64,000 nucleotides of DNA from Clostridiales bacterium (GTDB lineage Bacteria; Bacillota; Clostridia; Saccharofermentanales; Saccharofermentanaceae), in contig JAFWDK010000029.1 in NCBI GenBank assembly GCA_017513085.1, positions 1-64,000 on the forward strand, read 5' to 3'. The notes below the pieces were generated by a model that saw only the letters and a list, made by a program, of their open reading frames with translations, had not been told where the DNA came from and made no database searches. A program made the translations under genes and the position numbers. The first letter of the stretch is position 1. Every line of letters begins with the position of its first letter. Below, piece after piece: positions 49,391-58,660 of the stretch.

Positions 49391-51082
49391 ATGCCATTTG
49401 AAGTAATTTGTCTTTTAGTAGTCATTGCACTATTGGCTTTCACACTGTTCTTGATTTTCCTTTCAAGATACAGAAAATGTCCGTCTGACCGTATCATGGT
49501 CATTTACGGTAAAGTTGGTAAGAATGCGGACGGTACCGCACGCTCATCCAAATGTATTCATGGTGGTGCGGCGTTTGTGTGGCCGGTCATCCAGTCATAT
49601 CAGTATCTGGACCTGACCCCGATCTCTATTTCGGTTGACCTTCGTTCTGCACTTTCCCGTCAGAATATCCGTATCGACGTTCCGTCTATCTTTACGGTAG
49701 GTATCTCTACAGAACCCGGCATCATGCAGAACGCTGCAGAACGTCTGCTTGGACTCAAACTCAATGAGATCCAGGAACTTGCCAAGGATATCATCTTCGG
49801 TCAGCTCCGTCTGGTTATTGCAACGATGGATATCGAGGAGATCAACACCGACCGTGATAAGTTCCTCGAGGCAGTTTCCAGAAACGTGGAAACCGAGTTG
49901 AAGAAGATCGGTCTTCGTCTGATCAACGTAAACGTAACGGATATCAGCGATGAATCCGGATACATTGCCGCTCTTGGTAAAGAAGCAGCAGCTAAGGCCA
50001 TCAACGATGCAAAGAAGAACGTCGCTGAGAAAGAAAGAGACGGTTCCATCGGTGAAGCTTTGGCACAGAAAGATCAGCGTATCCAGGTTGCATCAGCAAA
50101 CTCTATGGCTATCCAGGGTGAGAACTCGGCAAAGATCGAAGTAGCGAATTCCGAGGCTGTACGCCGTGAGAAGGCCGCTGAGGCGATGAGACTTGCAATT
50201 GCTGCAGAAAAAGTTCAGGCGGCAAAAGCACTTGAAGAAGCATACGCGGCAGAAAAAGAGGCAGAGCTTTCCCGTTCGGCCCGTGAAAAAGCAACACTCG
50301 AAGCTGACGTTATCGTAAAGGCGGAGATCACTAAGAGAGAGATCGAGCTGGCAGCTGAAGCGGAAGCGGAGAAGATCAGAAGACAGGCTTCCGGTGAAGC
50401 GGATGCTATTTACGCGAAAATGGAAGCACAGGCTCGTGGTATGCAGGAGATCCTCACGAAGCAGGCTGCAGGTTTTGAGAAGATCGTAGCGGCAGCAGGC
50501 GGCGACGCCAAGAACGCCATGATGCTCATGCTGGCAGACAAGATGGAAGATCTCATGAAGATCCAGGTAGAAGCAATCCGCGATCTGAAGATCGACAAGG
50601 TAACTGTTTGGGACAGTGGCGCAGGCGCCGGAACAGATGGCAAGAGCTCTACAGCAAACTTCATCTCCGGACTTATGAAGAGTGTGCCGCCGATGAACGA
50701 GATCTTCGAAATGGCCGGTATGTCTTTGCCGGAATTCCTGGGAAAGAAGATGACGAGCACAGATGGTGCTGTTGTTTCGGCAGATGAAGCGACGTTCGTC
50801 GCCGGCGATGCAAAGGAAATCGAAAGTGAAGAGGCTCCGGTCGAAAAGGAGGCTCCGGTCAAAGTTCCGGAAACTCCGAAGGCTGAAGTAAAACCAGAAG
50901 AGGCTGCCCCGGCTGAGCCACAGGCGCCGGTCGCACCGGTCGCACCTGCCGCACCGGCCACTCCGGCTGTACCGCAGGCTCCGGCTCCGGCGGCTCCTGT
51001 AAAGGAAGTCCCGAAGACAGATGGACCGATCTGGACAAAGCAGATCCCGCAGAACAATGAAGAGGACCCGACAAACCTCTGA
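49391..51082 (+). CDS. Flotillin (SPFH domain, FloT/YuaG-like) with Pro/Ala-rich tail
   Basis: N-terminal TM, SPFH domain (GGAAFVWP...GQLRLVIA...DRDKF...INVNVTDI), EA-rich coiled coil and IDKVTVWD. Confidence 0.9.
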   Translation: MPFEVICLLVVIALLAFTLFLIFLSRYRKCPSDRIMVIYGKVGKNADGTARSSKCIHGGAAFVWPVIQSYQYLDLTPISISVDLRSALSRQNIRIDVPSIFTVGISTEPGIMQNAAERLLGLKLNEIQELAKDIIFGQLRLVIATMDIEEINTDRDKFLEAVSRNVETELKKIGLRLINVNVTDISDESGYIAALGKEAAAKAINDAKKNVAEKERDGSIGEALAQKDQRIQVASANSMAIQGENSAKIEVANSEAVRREKAAEAMRLAIAAEKVQAAKALEEAYAAEKEAELSRSAREKATLEADVIVKAEITKREIELAAEAEAEKIRRQASGEADAIYAKMEAQARGMQEILTKQAAGFEKIVAAAGGDAKNAMMLMLADKMEDLMKIQVEAIRDLKIDKVTVWDSGAGAGTDGKSSTANFISGLMKSVPPMNEIFEMAGMSLPEFLGKKMTSTDGAVVSADEATFVAGDAKEIESEEAPVEKEAPVKVPETPKAEVKPEEAAPAEPQAPVAPVAPAAPATPAVPQAPAPAAPVKEVPKTDGPIWTKQIPQNNEEDPTNL

Positions 51083-51141
51083 TCTGCGTAAAGAACGATG
51101 GTGAGGCGTACAACACCACGCTGAACTTGTAAAGGCAACAT

Positions 51142-51189
51142 AAAGGACCATTTTCAGGTGCTTGGGCACAAGAAGATGGTCCTTTTTCT
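51142..51189 (+). terminator. Intrinsic terminator
   Basis: AAAGGACCATTTTC...GAAGATGGTCCTTT followed by T residues. Confidence 0.8.
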
Positions 51190-51283
51190 GTCAGGACGCA
51201 AAACGTGCGCCGCCAAGACAAGATTGACGGGATACCGGGAGTCTGTTATTGTATTTTGAAATCTGAATGAAACGGAAACCGCG

Positions 51284-51937
51284 ATGATGAAAAAACTTGT
51301 GATCTTTGATCTGGATGGAACGCTTATGAATACGAAACCGGGGATCGTGGCAGGATTAAGCTACGCGATTGAAAAAGCCGGACTTCCGGTTCCGGATGAA
51401 GAAACTTTTGACACGTTCATCGGACCACCCCTGGAAAGCTCTTTTGAAAGAGTATACGGACTGGATGAGGAACCGATGCAGAAGATCATCGCGGATTATA
51501 GAGAGAAATACCTGGCTGGTGATATCTATCAGGCGATCCCGTATGAGGGGATCTTTGATCTTCTGGCGGAACTGAAGAAACGAGGAATCGATGCCGCGGT
51601 GGCGACATATAAACTTGAATCCATGGCCAGAGAACTGCTGGGGAAATTCCATTTTGACGAATATATTCCATTTGTTTTCGGAAGCAATAAGGAGAACAAA
51701 CTGACCAAAGGCGACATTATTCTTAAAGGCATTGCGAAGAGCGGGCATACCAAGGCTGAGACGGTCATGGTGGGAGACAGCCATTACGATGCCGTCGGCG
51801 CCGAAGAAGTCGGCGTGGATTTTATCGGCGTGCTGTATGGTTTTGAGTTTAAGAAAAAAGAAGATGTGGACAAGTTCGCAAACATCGGTGCATCGGAAAC
51901 GACCAAGGGGATCCTGGATATCCTGGAGAAGAACTGA
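51284..51937 (+). CDS. HAD-family hydrolase (phosphoglycolate phosphatase-like)
   Basis: FDLDGTL, FIGPPL, VAT and MVGDSHYD. Confidence 0.88.
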   Translation: MMKKLVIFDLDGTLMNTKPGIVAGLSYAIEKAGLPVPDEETFDTFIGPPLESSFERVYGLDEEPMQKIIADYREKYLAGDIYQAIPYEGIFDLLAELKKRGIDAAVATYKLESMARELLGKFHFDEYIPFVFGSNKENKLTKGDIILKGIAKSGHTKAETVMVGDSHYDAVGAEEVGVDFIGVLYGFEFKKKEDVDKFANIGASETTKGILDILEKN

Positions 51938-51948
51938 GGAATAGCCGA

Positions 51949-53055
51949 TCAGAGCCGCCGCTGCTGAAAGGACATTAGAACGAGAAGACGCAAGGTCTCG
52001 ACAATACGGGAACGGGCCTTGGAGTCGATGGCTTTGGTGGCTTCGATGATGTATGACATCTTTTTGGTCCAGCTGACCTTTGGCTGGAAAATATTGGTGG
52101 CACCGGAAGAGGTGCCGATCTTGTAAAGCATCTCTGTAAAGCTTTCCCGATCCTCATAGGAAAGATCGTCAAGCCAGGAGTGGATCACGGCTATGCGGGC
52201 CTGCGCATTGTGATCCAGGTTGGATACATAGATAAAGTCGTCATCGTCGATGTCCCAGGTAAAAGGACTGTGCTGGACCAGCCAGAGATTGCGGTTGGAG
52301 ATGAATCTGGTTCCCGGCGCGCTGTAAAGAAGCATGCCTACGAGAGACGATTGCGGGACCAGGTGCTCGACCCGTTCGGCGATCTTCTGATATTCGTCTG
52401 TGTCGTGAAGACGGAATGAAAAACCCGGACCATCAAAAGAATAGATCTTCCGGATCCTGGATTTAAAAGCATCCGTGCTTCCGGTCGCGCTATAGATCGC
52501 AAGATTGCCGCCTTTGGAATGACCACCGATGAAAAAATGTGTTTCGGGAGCAAGTTCACGCTCCAGATAAGAGATATAGCGGGAGGCTTCTTTTTGGGCG
52601 GAAACGGGATAACGGTAGGAAAGCTGAAAGTCTTCTTTCCAACCGATCCAGGTTCCGTCTGTTCCGCGGAATGCAATATAGCAAAGATTGTCCGTCAAGT
52701 GAAAGCACATGGCGGCGAACTGGATCTGCTCGTGCTCGTCGGTCCTTGCGCAGAAATGAGATATCGAAACATTTCCGAAGCGTGGATTGGCACGCATGGC
52801 ATCGATCATTTTGGTGTTTTTCGGTGTGTCCGCTGTATACTGCCCGAAAACAGGCATGTCCCGTGTGTCCGGCATGTCCGAAAGAAAAAGCGAATCGGAA
52901 GTCTTGTATGGCCATTCCGATGTCCAGATATTCTGAAGGATGTATTCCCACTGAAAATATGTGGCTTCAGCAAAAATGAGCGCGTCGATGGCGGTAAAAG
53001 GAAACTCGTCGTAAGAACGCTGTTCCTCTTTTATGAAGTCCATGATCGATTTCAA
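51949..53055 (-). CDS. DUF2974 (Mbeg1-like) lipase-fold protein
   Basis: IAFRGTD..WIGWKEDF, GHSKGGNLA, FDGPG and QHSPFTW. Confidence 0.85.
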   Translation of the reverse strand: MKSIMDFIKEEQRSYDEFPFTAIDALIFAEATYFQWEYILQNIWTSEWPYKTSDSLFLSDMPDTRDMPVFGQYTADTPKNTKMIDAMRANPRFGNVSISHFCARTDEHEQIQFAAMCFHLTDNLCYIAFRGTDGTWIGWKEDFQLSYRYPVSAQKEASRYISYLERELAPETHFFIGGHSKGGNLAIYSATGSTDAFKSRIRKIYSFDGPGFSFRLHDTDEYQKIAERVEHLVPQSSLVGMLLYSAPGTRFISNRNLWLVQHSPFTWDIDDDDFIYVSNLDHNAQARIAVIHSWLDDLSYEDRESFTEMLYKIGTSSGATNIFQPKVSWTKKMSYIIEATKAIDSKARSRIVETLRLLVLMSFQQRRL

Positions 53056-54755
53056 GAAGAGACCCTCCCTGTTACCGGACTATTTTCGTCAATGACATGA
53101 ATGTCCGGGGAATACGTCTTGTCCGGATTGGACAGATAGGCTTGCGAGAAGGGGTTGGACGAAGAGTAATAGATCGTGTATTCGTCAGTAGAACCGACTT
53201 CATAGAATAAAGAGTAGACAGCTAAAGGTAAACGCTCAAAACTCTCTTTGGTGGTCAAAAGGCATACACCCAACGGATAGTCTTCTGCGGTCAAAAGTTC
53301 GGTGGAATCCGTGAATGTTTCTACGTAAGAAACATCTTCGGAAATGAGGTGGTAGGTGTGATCAGGATCCATGACGCGGAGAATACGGAAATCGACATCC
53401 GTTTCCTCGCCGTAGGCGTAGACCAGCTTGGTGCCTGTCGTACTTACGATCGAATCGATCTGCTCATACTTTCTTTCATTGAGACGATGGTGGAAAAGAG
53501 AGTAGTAGGAAAGTGCATTGGAAAAGAGAAAGGCAAGGATCAGAAGCGGGAGCCCGGCCTTCTTAAGAGTGGCCTTGCGTTCTGTAAAATGCACGCGCAG
53601 ATAATCACAGGAGAGAATAAAGAAAACGACCAGTACAGGGATCAGATAACGTGATTCTGTCAAAGAAGTACTGAGTCGGAGATCGGCGAAAAGAAAGATC
53701 AGAAGATCGACGAAGACCAGAAAGACCAAAGGCATGAGAGGAGCCTTGAAGTCTTTGTTTTTCAGTGCTTGCCGAATGGTCAGGATGGACGCGGCAAGGA
53801 AGAAAAGGGAGATGCAGAGCATGACGCCGAAGGCGATGCCCATCTTGCTCGCAACCGGAACTTCGCTTCGGAAGGGAAGCGCGGAAGTCAGGGCGAAGTA
53901 GGAACCGGCCACGCCGTGCAGGTTTTCGAAGAACTGTTCTGCGCTGACCCAGGTGATGCTCTCGGAGCGGCTTGCAAAATGCATGACATGTGAAGCAAAA
54001 AGTGTGCCGCAGAGTAAAGACGCGGTGAGCGCGTAGGTATATATGGATGAAGCGCTCTTCAGGACGGAAAGCTTGCGGCTTTGGATGGCGCATACGACAG
54101 CGTGCAGAAGAAAAGGTGTGACAATTAAGAGCAGAATGGAGATTCCTGCGCACATGCCCATGAGAAATGAAAGAAACAGAGAAACGGAGACCCCGAGCCA
54201 GGTGAAAGGCTTCTTCTCGTGGTTGAAAAGACGAAGATACGTAGTGGCGATCAGCGCGAGGAAGATCAGCCTGCTTGTGTAAGGACAGTAATTAATGCAA
54301 GTCATGGAAAAATAATCCAGTGCATTGTTAGTAGCGTAACTTGCGGCATAGGGAGTCAGAAGAAAAATGATTCCCAGGAAGACGAAAGTCTTGGTGAACT
54401 TCAATTCGCGAAGGAGTAAGGTGAAAGATCCGATCAGAATGAGAACGAACAGTATGTTGGCGATCCCGGTTGAAAGAAAAACATCCCGCGTCAGATAAGT
54501 AAGGAAGAAAGCGGGAATGACCGGGCTTGTCCAGCCATAGGTGCGCATATGCTCAAATCCGGAAGGAAACAGTGACTTCTGCTCCCACATCTTTCTGGTC
54601 AAGTAGTAGGAGGCGGAACTGTCGTACCCGGTGAGATGCCGCAACTGGGTAAGGTTCACGAAACAGATCATGAAAAACTGCAGAAGTATGATCCCCAGTA
54701 GCAGCCAGTCCAGACGGCTGAAACGGCGAAGTGATTTTTCCTTAAGAGCCGGCAT
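53052..54755 (-). CDS. Polytopic membrane protein, GT-C glycosyltransferase-like
   Basis: More than 10 TM segments, Asp in the first loop (GYDSS), RY motif (ESRYLIP) and a soluble C-terminal domain. Function is inferred. Confidence 0.6.
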   Translation of the reverse strand: MPALKEKSLRRFSRLDWLLLGIILLQFFMICFVNLTQLRHLTGYDSSASYYLTRKMWEQKSLFPSGFEHMRTYGWTSPVIPAFFLTYLTRDVFLSTGIANILFVLILIGSFTLLLRELKFTKTFVFLGIIFLLTPYAASYATNNALDYFSMTCINYCPYTSRLIFLALIATTYLRLFNHEKKPFTWLGVSVSLFLSFLMGMCAGISILLLIVTPFLLHAVVCAIQSRKLSVLKSASSIYTYALTASLLCGTLFASHVMHFASRSESITWVSAEQFFENLHGVAGSYFALTSALPFRSEVPVASKMGIAFGVMLCISLFFLAASILTIRQALKNKDFKAPLMPLVFLVFVDLLIFLFADLRLSTSLTESRYLIPVLVVFFILSCDYLRVHFTERKATLKKAGLPLLILAFLFSNALSYYSLFHHRLNERKYEQIDSIVSTTGTKLVYAYGEETDVDFRILRVMDPDHTYHLISEDVSYVETFTDSTELLTAEDYPLGVCLLTTKESFERLPLAVYSLFYEVGSTDEYTIYYSSSNPFSQAYLSNPDKTYSPDIHVIDENSPVTGRVSS

Positions 54756-54958
54756 ACGATTCTCCGAAACAAAGTCAAAATAGTCTTAAAACTACTTGTC
54801 ATTATAATAGAAAAAGAAACAATAAGAAAGATTTTTCAATTCTTTCCTATCCGCTTCGTCTAAAACAAAGAAATTTTTCTCTGAATCGTGTAAAATAAAC
54901 TTGTTTGTTGAAGCAGAGCTTCAAAACGAGAACAAAAAAACGTTGGGGGAAATCATTA

Positions 54959-57034
54959 ATGCCTGTTACAGCTCCATTTGTATACGGAGTTCCCGTGTGT
55001 GCACTGTTATTCCTGTTTGCCATAATGGGCCGCTTTATCAGCAACCGTCAGCTTCCGATCCTGCAGAACCGTATGTTTTCTATAGGGATCTGGGTGGGAC
55101 TGGCCGATGTTGTGTTTCATATCCTTTCCGCACTGATCGTAAGCTATGCGGAATTGTTTCCCAAGGCGCTTTCGTATTCAGTATTGTCCGTGTTCTACCT
55201 TCTGGAACTTTTCTTTCCGTCCATGATGGTGCTTTATGTCTTTGCTTTGACACGTCAGTTGAAAAAGAGCAACATGGGAAACATCGCGTTGGCGATGCTT
55301 CCGAGCGCGATCTGCGCCTTGACGATCATTTTGAATCCGCTCATGCAAGGATTCTTCTATTTTTCCGGCAATACGTTCTATCTCGGACGTGCTTTTGGAT
55401 TTTTGCACCTGGTAGCGATCATAGACAGCGTGATGTGTATGCTCTATGTCGTCCTCAAGAGAGAGGAAGTGCCTTCCGGCGCAGTTCCGACGGTGCTCTG
55501 GATGACGCTTCTGACTTGCGCGTCCGTGGTGGCGAGAATGGTGAACATCAACTGGATGGCGAGCAGCATGGCGATCGCGCTGGCTCTTCTGCTCATGTAT
55601 TTCATCATTCAAAAGCCCGAAGAAAAGATCGATAACCTGACTGGCCTTTTGAATCTGGATGCCATGATCTCTTATGTGGATGAACTGGTCACGCGCGACT
55701 CGCACTATCGTGTACTGGTCGTTAAAGTGGAGAATGTCAGAAGGATCAACGCAATTTTCGGATATACGATAGGAAGCCTTACCCTGCAGAATGTTGCCGA
55801 CTTTTTGTCGACATTCTCGCCGGATCTTAAGGAGCGCAGCCGTCTTCGTAAAAACGCCGGGAAATATAATTATTCCGAGATGCCGAATCAGGTCGGCGAT
55901 GCCAGAAGACTGGAAAAGACGCTTCCGAAAGCCTGGGCGTTCCGCCTGATGAGCAATCAGTTCGCAATTGTCAGCACAGACGAGGAGACGTCCGAAACCA
56001 TCGCGAAATTTATACACCAGCGCTTCCAGCAACCGTGGGTCATCAGGGGACTGGAACTGCAGCTTATGGAAACCATGCTCGATCTGGGCAGGACCAGTTC
56101 TTTTTCCTCGGGAGAAGACCTCTATAAGGTCGTGGAACTGATGCTTCCGACAGTGCCTAAGGGAGATACGGTTACGATGAGCGAGTCCGTGCTGAGCCGT
56201 GTGGAGCGCCAGATCTCTATTGAAAGAGAACTGACAAAGGCTATTAAGGATGGAACACTGGAAGTAAACCTGCAACCGGTGTTTTCTGTGGAAGAGGGGA
56301 AATTCACCACAGCAGAGGCTCTGGTGCGCTTTACGCATCCGGAGTTCGGCATGGTGGAGCCGACCGAGTTTGTTCCGGTTGCGGAGAAGTACGGCCTGAT
56401 CGCTGCCATTGACGAGTTTGTCCTGAGAAGTGTCTGCGCGTTCCTGCGTGATTCGGATGCGGAAAAAGCACTTCAGCTTAAGTCTGTGAGCTTTAATGTG
56501 TCCATTACGGAGCTGGCTGCGTCGGCGTTCTCCAAGAAAGTGTGCGAGATCGTGGACGAATACAAGATCCCGCATGAGAAGATCATCTTCGATATCACGG
56601 AGTCGGCTACTACTACGTCATATCTGCTGATGGCGGAGAATATGCAGATCCTGTCGGATAAGGGATTCCGCTTTGCCTTGGACAATTTCGGCAGCGGTTT
56701 TACCAACGTTGTGAACCTGACATCGCTCCCGTTTTCTGCGGTGAAGATCGACCGTTGCATGCTTGTTGCGGCAGAAGAGTCATCCCGGGACAAGATCATT
56801 TTTGAAAATGCGATCGACGTATTCCGGAAGATGGATATGAAAACAGTGGTGCAGGGCGCTGAGAAGAAGAGCCAGACGGATCTCTGCATACGAAGCAGCG
56901 CGGACTATATTCAAGGTTTCTATTACGCCAGACCGATGAATTTTGCCGACTATAGCGCCTTTGTAAGACTACATAACCAGCAGGCGAAGAAGCGGGATCC
57001 CAGCCTGAACGATATCATCGTGGTACAGGACTAA
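54959..57034 (+). CDS. Multi-TM degenerate GGDEF + EAL domain protein
   Basis: About 7 TMs; DNLTGL with no GGDEF (LMSNQF); EALVR, DITES, LDNFGSG, KIDR, QGAE and IQGF. Confidence 0.82.
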   Translation: MPVTAPFVYGVPVCALLFLFAIMGRFISNRQLPILQNRMFSIGIWVGLADVVFHILSALIVSYAELFPKALSYSVLSVFYLLELFFPSMMVLYVFALTRQLKKSNMGNIALAMLPSAICALTIILNPLMQGFFYFSGNTFYLGRAFGFLHLVAIIDSVMCMLYVVLKREEVPSGAVPTVLWMTLLTCASVVARMVNINWMASSMAIALALLLMYFIIQKPEEKIDNLTGLLNLDAMISYVDELVTRDSHYRVLVVKVENVRRINAIFGYTIGSLTLQNVADFLSTFSPDLKERSRLRKNAGKYNYSEMPNQVGDARRLEKTLPKAWAFRLMSNQFAIVSTDEETSETIAKFIHQRFQQPWVIRGLELQLMETMLDLGRTSSFSSGEDLYKVVELMLPTVPKGDTVTMSESVLSRVERQISIERELTKAIKDGTLEVNLQPVFSVEEGKFTTAEALVRFTHPEFGMVEPTEFVPVAEKYGLIAAIDEFVLRSVCAFLRDSDAEKALQLKSVSFNVSITELAASAFSKKVCEIVDEYKIPHEKIIFDITESATTTSYLLMAENMQILSDKGFRFALDNFGSGFTNVVNLTSLPFSAVKIDRCMLVAAEESSRDKIIFENAIDVFRKMDMKTVVQGAEKKSQTDLCIRSSADYIQGFYYARPMNFADYSAFVRLHNQQAKKRDPSLNDIIVVQD

Positions 57035-57047
57035 TACAGAAAACATA

Positions 57048-57084
57048 AGAAAAGGACTCCGGATTCCGGAGTCCTTCTCTTTTT
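57048..57084. terminator. Intrinsic terminator, probably bidirectional
   Basis: AAGGACTCCGG-ATT-CCGGAGTCCTT flanked by A and T runs. Confidence 0.85.
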
Positions 57085-57114
57085 ATGGATTTGGCATGGC
57101 AGAAGATTGTCTGA

Positions 57115-57810
57115 TTATTTCTTTGCCGCATCTTTCTTTTCTTCGGTCTTCTTTACCGGATCCAGGAAACGATAAAGGAGAGCTGCTACAGCTGAACCAA
57201 GAAGCGGTGCCACGATAAAGATCCAGAGCTCTGTTGCTGCTTTGCCGCCGGCGATGAGAGCAGGTCCGATGCTTCTTGCCGGGTTAACAGATGTGCCGGT
57301 AAAGCCGATGCCGAGAATGTGGACAAGAACCAGTGTCAAACCGATGACCAGTCCTGCAACGGAACTGTTCTCAGTCTTGGATGTTACACCCAGAATAGCG
57401 ATGACAAATACGAATGTCAGGATCACTTCGATCGCGATCGAGAGCGCAACGTTGTTGTTGTAGATCGCATTGGCGCCCAGACCGGAATCCACGCCTACAA
57501 AAGCACCCAGCAGAAGTGCGCCGAGAACAGCACCGACTGTCTGAGAGCATACATAGAAGAGGAAATCCTTCAAAGTGAGTTTTCCGTTGATCAGCATAGC
57601 CAGAGAAACGGCTGGGTTGATATGACAGCCGGAAACGTTACCGATCGAATATGCCATCGCAACAATAACGAGACCAAAAGCAAGTGCTGTCAGAATGTAT
57701 CCGGAACCGATCGCCGCATCGCACCCTACAACGCAGGCTGTACCACAACCGAAGAATACCAGTACAAAAGTACCGATCAATTCGGCTACATATTTTCTTA
57801 AAGATTCCAT
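57115..57810 (-). CDS. aqpZ: Aquaporin (MIP family)
   Basis: SGCHINPAVS and TGTSVNPARS NPA motifs. Confidence 0.88.
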   Translation of the reverse strand: MESLRKYVAELIGTFVLVFFGCGTACVVGCDAAIGSGYILTALAFGLVIVAMAYSIGNVSGCHINPAVSLAMLINGKLTLKDFLFYVCSQTVGAVLGALLLGAFVGVDSGLGANAIYNNNVALSIAIEVILTFVFVIAILGVTSKTENSSVAGLVIGLTLVLVHILGIGFTGTSVNPARSIGPALIAGGKAATELWIFIVAPLLGSAVAALLYRFLDPVKKTEEKKDAAKK

Positions 57811-57928
57811 GATAATACCTCCTTCAAGAATAATCTATTTACCTATGATATAAGCATAGCATGAATGCAAAGGACACTTTCGTGATATAATCAAACTGTA
57901 AAAGAATTATAAAGAGAGGGAAAGAAAT

Positions 57929-58576
57929 ATGACTGATCCTATTACAATTAATGCACATAGCAGCATCCGCCTTGCTCTGGGGGAAGTTTTATACTTCGAT
58001 CCTTTTCATATTCAAAAAGAAACCAAGGATGCCGATATCATCTTTGTTACGCATGATCATTATGACCATTTTTCCCCGGAAGATATCGAGAAGATCCTGA
58101 AAGAGGATACTGTATTTGTTGCGCCACAGTCTACCGTTGCACTGATCGAAACCAGGTTCTCCTGGCCGAAAGACCAGATCGTAACTGTCAAGCCCGGCTC
58201 GAAAGTTGTGGTCAAAGGGCTTCCTGTGGAGGCAGTCGCCGCTTATAACCCGAACAAGCATTTCCATCCGAAGAAGGAAGGCTGGGTAGGTTATGTGGTG
58301 ACAGTGGAAGGTGTCCGCTACTATGTATGTGGCGATATGGACAGCAACAAAGAGGGAAGACAGGTTTCTTGCGATGTGCTTCTCGTTCCGTGTGGCGGTA
58401 CTTATACGATGGATGTACAAGAAGCCGCTGAATTTACCGGCGTGCTGGCACCGAAGTTTGCTATCCCGACACATTACGGCGATATCGTGGGCGATCTTTC
58501 GAACGGCAGTGCTTTTGCAGAAGCAGTGAAGAAGACATCACCGGACACGAAGGTGGTCATCAAGATCGAGCCGTGA
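57929..58576 (+). CDS. MBL-fold metallo-hydrolase
   Basis: THDHYDH, YVCGD and IPTHY. Confidence 0.87.
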   Translation: MTDPITINAHSSIRLALGEVLYFDPFHIQKETKDADIIFVTHDHYDHFSPEDIEKILKEDTVFVAPQSTVALIETRFSWPKDQIVTVKPGSKVVVKGLPVEAVAAYNPNKHFHPKKEGWVGYVVTVEGVRYYVCGDMDSNKEGRQVSCDVLLVPCGGTYTMDVQEAAEFTGVLAPKFAIPTHYGDIVGDLSNGSAFAEAVKKTSPDTKVVIKIEP

Positions 58577-58660
58577 GGCTCCATTTTCCCGTCGGATGTA
58601 GAGCCAAACAAAAAACAAATCTTTAAGAAAGCATGCGCAGGAGAAGTCTGCGCGAAAGAT

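Noticed and set aside
51090-51140. Possible fluoride-riboswitch-like start (CGATGGTG)
   Set aside because: The remaining consensus elements are missing, and it lies in a 3' UTR before a terminator.
54901-56575. Alternative-frame 244-aa and antisense 465-aa ORFs over the EAL gene
   Set aside because: They have no domain signatures, and the 54959-57034 frame explains the region.
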